Below, one piece after another: positions 1-12,981 of a stretch of 64,000 bases of DNA. The stretch is from Octopus vulgaris (Eukaryota), in the NCBI GenBank assembly GCA_951406725.2, contig OX597820.1:102300001-102364000 (forward strand), written 5' to 3'. Within the stretch, counting starts at the first letter, position 1. Each line of letters starts with the position of its first letter. The notes beneath the pieces were generated by a model. The model ran no database searches, had not been told where the DNA came from, and worked only from the letters and a program-made list of their open reading frames with translations. The position numbers were made by a program, and so were the translations under genes.

Positions 1-121
1 TCCTTGTTCCCTTCAACCACACAATCCCAATGTGACATTGGGTTGAGCAGAACGATACAGTACAGAATAGTGAAGAATCTTTAGCTTTAAAGGCAGGCCT
101 CTTCCATATAGTGCTGGTCCA

Positions 122-248
122 ATGATGGTGATGATGACAATGACGATGATGATGATGATTATCATCATTTTTGTTGTCATTGTCGTCGTCATTGATGTCA
201 CCATCATTGTCGTCATCATTGTTGTCATCGTCATCATCATCATCAACG

Positions 249-328
<80 letters not shown>

Positions 329-345
329 GTCATCATCATCATCAC
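122..345. repeat. (GAT)n/(CAT)n trinucleotide microsatellite
   Basis: Direct reading; source of the poly-M/I/S ORFs. Confidence 0.95.
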
Positions 346-981
346 CTGTTTTCCATGCTGGAATGGGTTGGATGGTTTGGCAGGAGTTGGTAAACCAGAA
401 AAGATGGACCAGGCTTCACTACCTGTTTTGGCATGATTTTTACGGCTTCATGCCCTTCCTTACACCAACCATCTTACAGAGTCGACAGTGCTTTTTATGT
501 GGCACCAGCACCAGTGAAGTTTGATTTGCCATGGTTTTTTATTTACAGCTGGATGCTCTTCCAAAGATCAATCAACCACTTTACAGTGTGGACTTGATGC
601 CTTTTAACCTGGTTAGAAATCTAACACAGACAAAATAAGATCAAGACAAGTCTTTTTATTTTTATATTCGTCTTGTCAAGGAGAGCAACCTCAGTGTTGT
701 TGCTACCACAAAATCCATGGAATATTCCCTGTAAAGTGCTTGGTAATAGGAGGGCTGTAGAAGCCAATTCAGAAATGAATTTGTGAGTGAAACAGTTTCT
801 CTGAGCTGTCAAGAAGGGTAGCAAGTGTGAATAAGAAGTAATTTGGACAGTGATGATACAACCAGACTATGCCAGCTTGAAAGGCAGTTATAGAATGATG
901 ATGATGCTGTGTGTGTATGTGTGTGTATGTGTGTGTGTATGTGTATGTGTGTGTGTGTGTACAAAGATGTGCATATGTATA

Positions 982-1013
<32 letters not shown>

Positions 1014-1457
1014 AAATAACATAAATATGTATGTATATATGCATGTATATATGGGTACAGGACATTACCAACAGTGCACCTAACATAAAATACATAAATA
1101 ATGAGTTAAATACGTAAACAACGAGAAAAAGAGGGAAAATAGGACGAGTAAACACAGAGAAAGGACCCTTCGTCAGTCGTTGGCTGTCTATCTACTCCTC
1201 ATTTCGAGCATTCAATGACAATTTATGAGTCTTCCAAGACAAGACAGTTGATCCCATAAATTCTAAAATAAAATTTAGGATTTATGGAGGGTCAAAGTTA
1301 TAATACAGGAAGAGAGAGAGAAGGAGAGAGAGAGACAGAGACAGAGAGAGAGAGAGAGAGAGTGGGGAGAGAGAGAGAGAAACTGATGTAAATATATTCA
1401 TATATATGCAAAATTACTTGTACATATATGTAATGTAAATGTGTGTGTATGCACACT

Positions 1458-1690
1458 TATTTCTTTATTGCCCACAAGGGGCTAAACATAGAGGGGACAA
1501 ACAAGGACAGACAAAGGGATTAAGTCGATTACATCGACCCCAGTGCGTAACTGGTACTTAATTTATCTACCCCGAAAGGATGAAAGGCAAATTTGACCTC
1601 GGCGGAATTTGAACTCACAGCGTAACGGCAGATGAAATACGACTACGCATTTCACCCGGCGTGCTAACGTTTCTGCCAGCTCGCCGCCTT
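1458..1690 (-). mobile_element. tRNA-derived SINE, family B (MetaSINE/MESC-like central domain)
   Basis: Minus strand GGCGGCGAGCTGGCAGAA head, GAGTTCAAATTCC B-box, GCCTTTCATCCTTTCGGGGT..ATAAATTAAGTACC domain; TSD atgcacact on both sides; many copies in window. Confidence 0.85.
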
Positions 1691-1792
1691 ATAATGCACA
1701 CTATCATGTATGTGTGTCTGTATGAGTTGCATGCATTTAGCCTCACAAGTCTTATGAATACAAACAAACGATAATATTTACTACATATAATA

Positions 1793-2190
1793 GGCGCAGG
1801 AGTGGCTGTGTGGTAAGTAGCTTGCTAACCAACCACGTGGTTCTGGGTTCAGTCCCACTGCGTGGCATCTTGGGCAAGTGTCTTCTGCTATAGCCCCGTC
1901 TGACCAATGCCTTGTGAGTGGATTTGGTAGACGGAAACTGAAAGAAGCCCGTCGTATATATGTATATATATATATAAGTGTGTGTGTTTGTGTGTCTGTG
2001 TTTGTCCCCCTAGCTTTGCTTGACAACCGATGCTGGTGTGTTTACGTCCCTGTCACTTAGCGGTTAGGCAAAAGAGACCAATAGAATAAGTACTGGGCTT
2101 ACAAAGAATAAGTCCCGGGGTCGATTTGCTCGACTAAAGGCGGTGCTCCAGGATGGCCGCAGTCAAATGACTGAAACAAGTAAAAGAGTA
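1793..2190 (+). mobile_element. tRNA-derived SINE, family A (CORE-like domain, internal TA/TG microsatellite)
   Basis: GGCGCAGGAGTGGCTGTGTGGTAAG head, GGTTCAGTCCC B-box, CTTGGGCAAGTGTCTT, tail GAAACAAGTAAAAGAG; more than 10 copies in window. Confidence 0.85.
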
Positions 2191-3044
2191 TAAAGTATCA
2201 GTACTGTTGTGTGATGCATTTGTTTTGACTGTACACTGTTATAATAATAAAAATTAACTTAAATATCTCTCTCTATCTATATCTTTGGAAAGCCACCAGT
2301 CAGCTGAATACTGAAGTAGTTTCCTGTTATATTTCTTCATTCATCTCACTTGTGAAGCAACAAACATTTGGAATATTTTTTCCTGAAATCTGTTTGTGAT
2401 GTAAGATATATAATAATAATTTTTTTTTTCTTCCCCCGCCCCACCTCCTCTAGGCACACAGCCAGTGAATTTACAGCAAGGGAATAAAGGTAGTTGACTG
2501 AGTCGACTCAAGTAGTATTTCTGGCATTTATTCAATGGGAGCCTCTATGAGATGATGGAGCGGGGTGGGGGACGAGGGTGAGGTGGGTGTCTTGTGGGTG
2601 AGGGATGGGTCAAGTTGATCTTGGTAGTAAAAAGGTTGGAACTCAGAATCTGGAAGGATGAGACAATGCTATAATCACTGTCATTATCATCATCACTGCT
2701 GTGCCACACACACACACACACATACACATGCGTGCATACACATGCGTGCATACACATGCGTGCATACACATGCGTGCATACACACGTGTACACACTCACA
2801 CACACACATGCATCATTATCATCATTTAATGTCCTCTTGGACTAATGGGTCGGATAGTATATATATCCTTTCTTTTACTTGTTTGAGTCATTTGACTTTG
2901 GTCATGCTGGAGCACTGCCTTAAATGGTTATTTTAGCCAAAGAAAATGACCCCAGGATTTATATTTTGCAGTATTTAATCTATTGTCAAGCAATGGTGGA
3001 TGGAGTCACAATCACAAGCACAAAGACACACCCATAAATATATA

Positions 3045-3096
<52 letters not shown>

Positions 3097-3104
3097 TATA
3101 TATA

Positions 3105-3595
3105 TCTCTTATTATAAAAGGCAGATTTTATCTGCCTCCCTTTGGGAGTTATACAAATCTACAATATAGGATTTCTTCAATTACAATTTACCTAGCATTT
3201 TTGAGAGTACAATGCATCGCATCATGCCAGGTCCAGTTTTTAAAATTTAAACTCCAATTAAGCAAAATTTACAGAAAACTCACATTCTGGTGTGTGTGTC
3301 AAATGCTTTTCTTAGTCTGGTTTACAGCACACGCAAACGCACACACACAGTGGGCAACGAATAAAATGAAAGTAATTGACTTACTGTAGTGAGTGATTCT
3401 TTCACTCTGCCTCCCACTTCCTCTTTCAACACATAGACACGCAAATATATAAATAAAATTGTAAGCTAACGTGCGTGTGTGTGAGTGGGTGTGTGTGGGT
3501 GTGCGCATGTGTGTGTGTGTGAGGGTGCGTGTGTGTGTGTGTGTGCGTGTGCGTGAGTGTGTGACAGGAAAGTTTTTTACGACGAATATAACACA
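3105..3595 (+). mobile_element. Possible non-autonomous Helitron 5' portion
   Basis: Starts TCTCTTATTATAAAAG after (TA)n, resembling the 5' end at 4887; no 3' hairpin/CTAG seen. Confidence 0.3.
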
Positions 3596-3613
3596 TATAT
3601 CCAAGTAGCAGAA

Positions 3614-4093
3614 AGATAAGACAGTAAGGTGTGATTTGAGGGAGATTTGGCTGCTATTTCTACCATGTCTAGCTGCCATGTAGAGGTCTCCCTCATAGGC
3701 TCATACATACATATATACATAGATAAGACAGTAAGGTGTGATTTGGGGGAAATTTGGCTGCTATTTCTACCAGGTCTAGCTGCCATGTAGGGGTCTCCCT
3801 CATAGGCTCATACATACATATATACATAGATAAGACAGTAAGGTGTGATTTGGGGGAAATTTGGCTGCTATTTCTACCAGGTCTAGCTGCCATGTAGGGG
3901 TCTCCCTCATAGGCTCATACATACATATATACATAGATAAGACAGTAAGGTGTGATTTGGGGGAAATTTGGCTGCTATTTCTACCAGGTCTAGCTACCAT
4001 GTAGAGGTCCCCCTCATTGGCTCATATATATATACATACATAAGACAGTAAGGTGTGATTTGAGGGAGATTTGGCTGCTGTTTCTACCAGGTC
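3614..4093. repeat. 107-bp tandem repeat, about 4.5 copies
   Basis: AGATAAGACAGTAAGGTGTG starts at 3614, 3721, 3828, 3935 and about 4038. Confidence 0.95.
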
Positions 4094-4412
4094 TGTTAGG
4101 CCTTCTCATGTAAACTCAAGCTTTCTCATGCCTTGAACATAAGACCAAAGCAGAGAATGTATTCTTTTATTCTTCTGCTTTTTCCAGCCATTGGTCTGTG
4201 GCCATGCTGGGGCAATGCCTTGAAGAATTGTAGTTTAATGAATCAACTCGTTTTATTTTTGTAAGCATTGTACTTATTCTATCTGTTTCCTTTGTCAAAC
4301 CACTAGGTGACAGGGATGTAAACAAACCAACATTCGTTGTCAAGCAGTGGTGGAGGACAATCACAAGCACAGACACGCACACACACACACATACATGCAT
4401 ACACATATACAC

Positions 4413-4443
<31 letters not shown>

Positions 4444-4461
4444 TATGTGTGTATATATATA

Positions 4462-4785
4462 TTGCAGCGTGGAAGGTGTTTGTAAGCCATTTAAGAAACA
4501 CACAAAAACCGTTACATTCACTTCAACATTTAAATTTAATTTGCCAAAATATTTTCGTCGCTTTGAGACCGCGACCTGTTCACTGACAAAAATATCGTGC
4601 TAACAGGTCGCGGTCTCAAAGCGATGAAAATATTTTGACAAATTAAATTTAAATGTTGAAGTGAATCTAACGGTTTTTGTGTGTTTCTTAAATGGCTTAT
4701 AAACACCTTCAACGCTGCAACTGTTTTCGTTCCAGCACACGATCTCAGATCAAGTCACTTGCTATGCAAGTACATCTCTGTAACT
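4462..4785 (+). mobile_element. PLE-like fold-back element (arms 4462-4580 and 4602-4720) in (TA)n
   Basis: 119-bp inverted arms with few mismatches; right arm continues to 4785; HHR motif inside. Confidence 0.75.
4540..4590 (-). ncRNA. Minimal type I hammerhead ribozyme, G3-C8 core variant
   Basis: UUUGUCA GUGAACA G GUCGC-loop-GCGAC GAAA AUAU UU UGGCAAA; stems I and II pair; palindromic AAUAUU stem III. Confidence 0.7.
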
Positions 4786-4886
4786 ATATATATATTTATA
4801 TATATATATATATATATGTATATTGGTAAAAACAGTAAGATAACAAAAGAAAGAAAGAGACCTCAATATTATGTAAATAGAGGAAA

Positions 4887-5281
4887 TCTTTATATATAAA
4901 AGTGAGGTTGTGTGTCTGTCTCCTACGATTTAGATTCCTAACTACTCCCACATTTTGCGGTGCAGTTTAACCAAAACCGGGTATCTTATAGTCGTGATTC
5001 ATATCGAGACCGTCTGGGTATTAGCGCGCGTCTACGATGAGTCTACGATTTAAAAAAAAATTTACCATCAATTTTTCCCATTTTTAATCCATTTTTGACA
5101 TATATAAGGGAAGTAACTCTCTAAAATTTATTATTAAATCTCAGAACGTAAAAAGCTACAGTAACACCCCTCCCCCTTTGTGGTTAGCCATATTGAGATG
5201 GCTATTATACTTTACATCTCTAAAAATGCTTATATAATTATTTCCCTTACAAACCCGAGCAACGCCGGGCGATACTGCTAG
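4887..5281 (+). mobile_element. Non-autonomous Helitron
   Basis: 5' TC, subterminal hairpin CCCGAGCAACGCCGGG, 3' CTAG, inserted between A and T, no TSD. Confidence 0.85.
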
Positions 5282-5309
5282 TATATATATATATATATAT
5301 ATGAATATT

Positions 5310-5557
5310 CTTTTATTCTTTTATTGTTTTACTTGTTTCAGTCATTTGACTGTGGTCATGCTGGAGCAACACCTTTAGTTGAATAAATCAGCACCAGGAG
5401 TTACTCTTTGTAAGCCTAGTTCTTATTCTATCAGTCTCTTTTTGCTGAACTACTAATGATGGGGATGTAACCACACTAACATCAGTTGTCAAGTGATGGA
5501 GGAAGGACAAACAGAGACACAAATAAATACATACATACCTATATACATATATATATA

Positions 5558-5598
<41 letters not shown>

Positions 5599-5760
5599 GA
5601 TGAGCTTCTTTCAAGTTCCATCTGCCAAATCCTCTCACAAGGCTTTGGTTGGCCTGAGGCTATAGTAGAAGACACCTGCCCAAGGTTCCACACAGTGGGA
5701 TTGAACCCAGAACCATGTGATTGGAAAGCAAGCTTCTTACCACACAGCAACTCTGGTGCT
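5310..5760 (-). mobile_element. SINE family A
   Basis: Reverse-complement homology to 1793-2190. Confidence 0.8.
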
Positions 5761-5879
5761 TACAGTATATATATGCATATATATATTTATATATGTATAT
5801 ATATGTATATATGAATATACACACACACATGCAAATATATATGTATATATACAGACACACACACACCCACACACACACA

Positions 5880-6119
5880 TATACTTTATTTAAAAGCAGC
5901 AGAAATTCAACAAAACCTGTTATTCGGAGTTTCCCGTTCCTGTTCGTCGGACAGTTTTGTTAAAAAGAAGAAAAAAAACTGTCCGACGAACGGGAAGTGA
6001 AACTCCGAGTAACAGGTTTTGTTGAATTTCTGTTGCTTTTAAATAAAGCATATTACTCTACCCCTGGTATTTGAGTACTCTTTTTTCCACCTTGTTTCAC
6101 ATTTATGTGTTTACTCCGG
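5880..6119 (+). mobile_element. PLE-like fold-back element with C4-variant HHRs (5917-5954 minus, 5979-6015 plus)
   Basis: About 78-bp inverted arms; CUGU CCGACGA..GAAA CUCCGAG UA ACAG; same family as 62636-62866; TA-flanked. Confidence 0.7.
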
Positions 6120-6160
6120 TATATATATATATATATATATACACACACATATATATATAT

Positions 6161-6208
<48 letters not shown>

Positions 6209-7574
6209 CACATGCTCACATAAAAGGTACATACATTCACATACACACAAAAACATACTCATACACACATAGTATATACATTGATGAATATATAGTATAT
6301 ATATTGATGTATTCTTCAAATGGCTTATATATTGGTCTTATAGTTTGTTATTTCAATGCTGGTAATTTGAATTGATAAGCACTGGCTTATGTGATTAATA
6401 TGTCTGGTACACTTTTATGGAGTGGAACAAACACCAAGTCTAGAAAGATAACTTCTGTTGTGATGGCACTAGGACAAAAAACATGAACGTGTTAAATATA
6501 ATTCTACGCGTAGATATTTCAAAAACACTTTGTTCTTTCTGTCACAGTGACCAGTAATAGGAATGGTATCTAGCTGTAATAAAATCTGTAGACGTAGCTC
6601 CATGAAATACAATGGATAATATTAAGATGGCTACAAAGAGTGGTTCCTGATTTAAGCACAAGGCTAATATTTTTGAGGGGACAAGGTTAGTCAATGGACC
6701 TTAGTCTTTGATTGGTACTTTATTTTATTGACTCCAAAAGTGTGAAAGGTACTTTATTGTATTGACTCTAAAGGGGTTAGATTTCAACTCAGTACGTAAA
6801 ACACCAGAATAAATACCGCAAAGCATTTTCCTGAAGTTCTAATGATTTGACCTGCCCATCACTTTGAAATTGTTTCAAAACTTATTTTTTATGTAGACAT
6901 AAATTTGGGGGTTAGGGATTTAGTCGATGCCATTGTCCTCAGCACTTGATTGGTGCTTTTATTTATTGACCCTGAAAGGATAAAAAGCATGGTTGATTTT
7001 TGGAGGGATTTGAACTCAGAATGTAAAAAAAAATGGCACTCATGGTGATGTCTCATAAAAGTATCCCCACAGTGTCATGTAAAAGGACCTGTGTGATGCC
7101 ACACAAAAGCACCAATGTGGTGCCACATAAAAGCACCCATGCAGTGCCATGTAAAACTACACATCACACTCTATAAGGTGATTGGCATTAGAAAGGGCAC
7201 CCAGCCATAGAAACCATGCCAAATCAGACTGGTGTTGGTTATGATGATGAGTGTTCCAGTTGATCCAATCAACAGAACAGCCTGCTCATGAAATTAATGT
7301 GCAAGTAGCAGGGCAATCCACAGATGCTACGAGGGTTAACTACAATTTTCATTCAATTTCCCTTATTTTTTAATGATTTCTTAGTTTTTGCTTATTTTTT
7401 TTTATTTCTTCAAAAATTCTTAGAAAAAATTATACTTCATTAAAATATATGTCAGCGGTAATATTTGAACTCGGGATGTAAAGAGTGAGAACAAATGTAG
7501 CATAGCACTTTTCCCATGAACTAATGGTTCTGCCTGCATCCTGCCACAAGAATGCTATAATAATCATCAATCAG

Positions 7575-7950
7575 CATCATCGTTTAACATCTGTTTTCCA
7601 TTCTAGCTTGGGTTGGACGGTTCGACTGGGATCTGGGAAGCCAAGAGGCAGCACCAGGCCCAGTCTGATCTGCCAGTGATTCTACAGCTGGATGCCCTTC
7701 CTAACACCAACCACTTCGTGAGTGTAGTGGGTGCTTTTTACGTGCCACTGGCACAGGTGCCAGGGGAGGCTGGCAGCGGCCACAGTCGGTTGGTACTTTT
7801 TACGTGCCACCGGCATGGAAGCTAGTCAAAGTGGTGCTGGCATTGGCCACATTCAGATGATGCTTTTTATGTGCCACCGGCAGAGGTATCACAACTACAA
7901 TTTCCATTTGATATTTATTTTGATGTTGATGTACTTGACTCAATAGGTCA
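7575..7950 (-). mobile_element. SINE-like family C (tail GGCGTTAGGAAGGGCATCCAGC, ends in (GAT)n)
   Basis: Homologous to 27215-27570, 32565-32915 and many fragments. Confidence 0.7.
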
Positions 7951-8732
7951 AGCACAATAATGAGTTTCAAATTTTGGCACAAGGCCAGTAATTTCAGGGA
8001 AGGCGCTAAGTCAATTAAACCAACCTCAGTGTCCAACTAATATTTATTTTATCAAACCTGAAAGGATGAATGGCAAAGTCTATCTTGGCAGCATTTGAAC
8101 TCAGAATGTAAAGACAACAAAATACTGCTAAGCATTTTGCCCAGCATACTAACAAGCCCTACAGCTTGCTGTCGTTAAGAATGCTATAATGATGCAAAGT
8201 TAGATTCGTTAATTAATTCATAATAAATTTCTTTATCTACTTATTTATTTGTGCTGATTTATTTAGATTTCTTCTGTAACTTAATGTGAGTTATTTGCCA
8301 TCAGGTGAATAATCCTAAATATCTATACAGATATGTGTAATCTATGTTATCTTGAGGATGAAAGTTGAACGAGACCCTACTAAATAAACACCCTCATATT
8401 TTAATTAGTTGAAGCACATGATGTCCCTAGAGATTTATCCATTGAAGAAGCCTTTACAAGGTTACTCAGCATTCTAGAAATAACAGCAAACTCTGTCTGC
8501 CCTCGAACCCTACAGCCTTGGTTTATTTCGTCTTAGATAAGTCATCACAACTGCCAGCACAGCCTCTAACAGCAGTAGCAGTATCAGCAGCAGTGGCATC
8601 ATCATCATCATCCTCATCATCATTTATTTCAGAGCAGGATGAAATACACACGCACACACACACACACACATACACACACACACACACATGCATACATATA
8701 TATGTACATATATAAATATATACAAGTATGCA

Positions 8733-8767
<35 letters not shown>

Positions 8768-8788
8768 GTATGTAGGTATATATATATG

Positions 8789-8823
<35 letters not shown>

Positions 8824-9719
8824 ATGTATATATATATATATGCATATATCTACGTATGTATATGTATTTATATTTATAGAGAATTAATTAAAGCTAAACA
8901 TTGGAATTTTGCAATCCATGTCACTATGGGAGAGATATACAATCAGTTTTAATGATAGCAGGAATGATATCATTATCATTGCTGCCATGATGATAGTGAT
9001 GGTGGTAATGATGATGATGACAGCAGTGGTGGTGATGATGATGATAGTGGTGGTAGTGGTGATGGTGGATGGTGGAGGTAGTGGTGGTGATAGTGAGGAT
9101 AATGATGATGAGGAGGATGATGATGATGAAGAGCAACGATGACAATGGTGGTGGTGATGGGGACGATGATGATGATGGTTGAGGTATGGTGGTGATGATG
9201 ATTAAAATGATGATGACAACAACAATGATGGCAGCAGTGGTGGTGGTGGTGGCATTGGTGATGCTATCGATGGTGATGATGGTGGTGGTGGTATTGGTGG
9301 TAGAGGCAGTGGTTGGTGGTGATGGTGATGATGATGATGATAATGACAGCAACATTGATTCATGACTGATGCTGATGATGATGGTGAATTCTCTTCACTC
9401 CTCTCCATCCACATCTCCTATTTGTTCTTTTTTTTATATTTCTCGTAATCTCTCAATGCATTTATCATCACTAATCTGCACCGTAGTTAATTGGTCTGCC
9501 AAACTGGAAGACATGAAGGTGCCTGTTTTGTCTTTGAGAACAAATGTTTGAGGAAGAAGACATTGAGATATCAGAGAACTGAACTTAACGACAACAAAGA
9601 AGTGATACACACACACACACACACGCACACTCTCACAAATGTACATGCATACATACATACTCATATTCATGTGTGTGTGTATATATCATCACCATCGTTT
9701 GATGTCTGCTTTCCATGCT

Positions 9720-9724
9720 GGTAT

Positions 9725-9765
<41 letters not shown>

Positions 9766-9903
9766 TATACACTCAAATGCACACACACATATACATATAT
9801 TCATTTATACAATATATATACATATATATGCATATGTATGTGTATATATATAAATGTATATATATATATATATGTATATATATATGTATATACACATATA
9901 TGT

Positions 9904-9946
<43 letters not shown>

Positions 9947-10078
9947 GTATTTATATACACACTCACTCACATATGCATATGAATAGATAGATACATATAT
10001 GTACATACATATATACACATATTTATGTGTATGTATACATATATGTATGTATGTACATATGTATGTATGCATGTATGC

Positions 10079-10136
<58 letters not shown>

Positions 10137-10229
10137 ATATATATATATATATATACATGCACACATGTATATATACATATATCATATAATATATATACAT
10201 ATATATGTAAACGTATATGTATATATGTA

Positions 10230-10279
<50 letters not shown>

Positions 10280-10307
10280 CATATACATATATAAGCATAT
10301 ATATATA

Positions 10308-10339
<32 letters not shown>

Positions 10340-10346
10340 CATATGC

Positions 10347-10414
<68 letters not shown>

Positions 10415-10420
10415 GTATAT
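9720..10420. repeat. Compound (TA)n/(TATG)n microsatellite field
   Basis: Direct reading. Confidence 0.95.
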
Positions 10421-11050
10421 ATTATAATTTAGAACAAACAGTAGTACTTCAAGTTTTGAATGTTGGAGCGAAGTGTTATTACAATACATTTTCATTGGCT
10501 GTTAATGGCAACTGATGCTATGAAGAAACGGTTAAATATAAGGGAAGTAACACTAATAGGTGGAAAAAGAAAAAAGATAAAAAATACACGCAACTATATT
10601 CTCACAATGCATAGACATAAACCTCCTGCGTTCACATCTACATATGTACACACTCACACAAACATGTATACATGCACACACAAACATATATGTATGTATG
10701 TGCTCATACATACACACACATGTGCACACATGCATATATATATGTATATATGCACACAACTTCATCTTCATATACACATAGTTGCTTATATATATACACG
10801 TAACATAATACATATATATCTAGATATCTATATGTGTATTTTTTTATCCTTTTTATGAAACGGTTTTTCATAGCGTTTGTTGCCATTAATAGCTGACAAG
10901 AATGTATCGTAGCTCTTCGCTCCGACATTCGAAACTCTGAGTACTAAAATGACAACTTCTTACTGTTTGTTCTAAATTATAATATATATAAATAATCCTC
11001 TATTTTTCTAATATTGAGGTGTCATTCTTCTGTTGTTACCTTTTACTATT
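10420..11050 (+). mobile_element. Decayed PLE-like fold-back element; HHR at 10890-10946 (+)
   Basis: 10420-10590 is the inverse of 10833-10990; UAG CUGACAA G AAUGU..ACAUU C GAAA CUCUGAG UA CUA. Confidence 0.65.
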
Positions 11051-11083
11051 ATTATATATTATATAATAATAATAATAATAATA

Positions 11084-11148
<65 letters not shown>

Positions 11149-11189
11149 ATTATATATATTTATATATACACATATATACATATATACAC

Positions 11190-11235
<46 letters not shown>

Positions 11236-11353
11236 AAAAGCAATAAAGATTCAAGTTAATTTAAAAGAATTTACTTGAATATGGTACCTAACTTAGATGC
11301 ACCAAAAAAAACTATACTGATTTAACAATACAGTAATGTGGGGTGATTATAAG

Positions 11354-12400
11354 CGAGAATGAAGCAACAAGAATGGATAGGTTTTTAGTACAATCGTTTC
11401 ATACAAGGACAGGTTTTATTAAAAGTTGCAAAAATTACAGCATATAAACGTGTCCCGTACTCATCAGCTAAAATACATGTGAGTTCTCTAGACATCCTAG
11501 TGGTTGAGGCTATACTCATGAAGTAATGTAGATAATTAAGTAACATAAACAGATTTCAAAAGTTCATTCAAGTTCTTTAAAGATGATGTACAGTCTTATC
11601 ACAGAATTTTAAAAAAGTCTTAATAGCATCACAGAGAAGGTGACCCAATCCATAGTGCACATATGCATTTCCAGAGATATGATGAGGGATTACATACTCA
11701 CAGAAGGCAAATTTATCCATTGTTAATTACAACGAGGTGGGTTTCAATTCCTGCTTATTAGAATTACAGAGAGGGTGAATTAATCCTTTGTATAGATGCA
11801 CAATTTCCAATGGTGTAGGTGTAAATTTCAAGGAATTTCATATTCACAGGCGATAAATTTATCAATGGTTGAACACAATGAGGTAGGTATCAATTCTTGC
11901 TATATGATTAGGTATTTGCCACATTAATCACATTACTGCTATTTACAAGAGGCTGTAGCTATTTAACTTTTAAAGGCTGAAGGGCTTACTAGAGCTGTAT
12001 AGAATAGAAAAGGGAAGGGCATAGAAAAAAAGAGAGAAAATAAAAGAGAGAAAATAAAAGAGGAGGGAGTAAAAAGGGGGGAAAGGGGGACTCAAAGAGA
12101 AGAGAAAAGGAAAAAGAGAATAAGAAGAAGAAAAAGAAAAAAGAGAAAGAAATAGGGAAGGAAGGGAAAAAAAGAAAAAGAAGAAAAAAGAAAAAAAGAA
12201 AAAAGAAGAAAGAAGAAAGAAAAAGAAAAAAAAGGGTTCTAGTTATACAGAAGAATTAGTAGACGACAAGTCTGGTTTTAGTTTACAGGCATCTAGGAAT
12301 TAGAGGAGAATATTATTCTTTGACCAGTTAAAACAGTTAATTTATTGCTGTTGAAATCAGCTATGAATTTAAAGAGAATCTAAAGAGATAACACAGTTAG
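11354..12400 (-). repeat. Left arm of 1.05-kb inverted repeat (PLE 3' UTR/pLTR)
   Basis: Reverse complement of 14157-15201, apart from about 1 substitution and a 2-nt length difference seen by eye. Confidence 0.95.
11383..11473 (-). ncRNA. Type I hammerhead ribozyme (canonical core)
   Basis: UUUUAG CUGAUGA G UACGGGACA..UGUCCUUGUA U GAAA CGAUUG UA CUAAAA. Confidence 0.85.
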
Positions 12401-12981
12401 GGGTTTCGGGGGTCAGATGCTAAAATCACCAGAAAATACATTAGGGAAAACTAGGTATAATCTTATCAAAAAGTCATCAAAATTTACTTATTTAATTTAT
12501 TCATTTTATTGTCTTAAGGAGTTGCCGTTATTATTCATACATTGACGGACTACAGGTCAAATCTTAGAAGATCATTTAAGAGGTGTTAGGGGATTGTCTA
12601 TCATAATGAAGATAATCATATTATCACCGAGGGAATAGTCTCATTTATTTAATTTTGAAATAGAATTATGGGTCTATAGTAACCCAATTTAATTAATTAG
12701 AGTTATGCTAATTAAATTAGATTAAGTTAGGAACTAAAATTAAAAATTACAATTAAGATTTAAAATTAAGAATTTAAAAATTTAAAAATTGTGAGTTTGA
12801 AATTAAATAAAGCCTCAATTAAGCAGCGAATAAGTGCTATTCATTTCCCTGTTCTCAAAAAACTGATGCAGATATAGGAAAAAGATAACCGTAGTGTGAG
12901 AACTCTTAGTTATCTACTTAAAGCAGTGCTATACCAGTAGAAATCAGGTTATATCTATCTATCTAGTTACGAATATTCTAA

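Noticed and set aside
1793-1870. tRNA genes at SINE heads
   Set aside because: A/B-box-like heads continue into SINE bodies with no proper cloverleaf
3614-4093. CRISPR-like regular repeat
   Set aside because: Whole units are repeated with no unique spacers; eukaryotic context and no cas genes
9639-10515. Many long YI/HT/CV ORFs (also 15571-16050, 42389-43142, 51533-52035)
   Set aside because: Dinucleotide microsatellite artefacts
12540-12981. SECIS element downstream of the Naiad-type ORF
   Set aside because: No in-frame TGA in the retained ORF and no SECIS fold identifiable by eye
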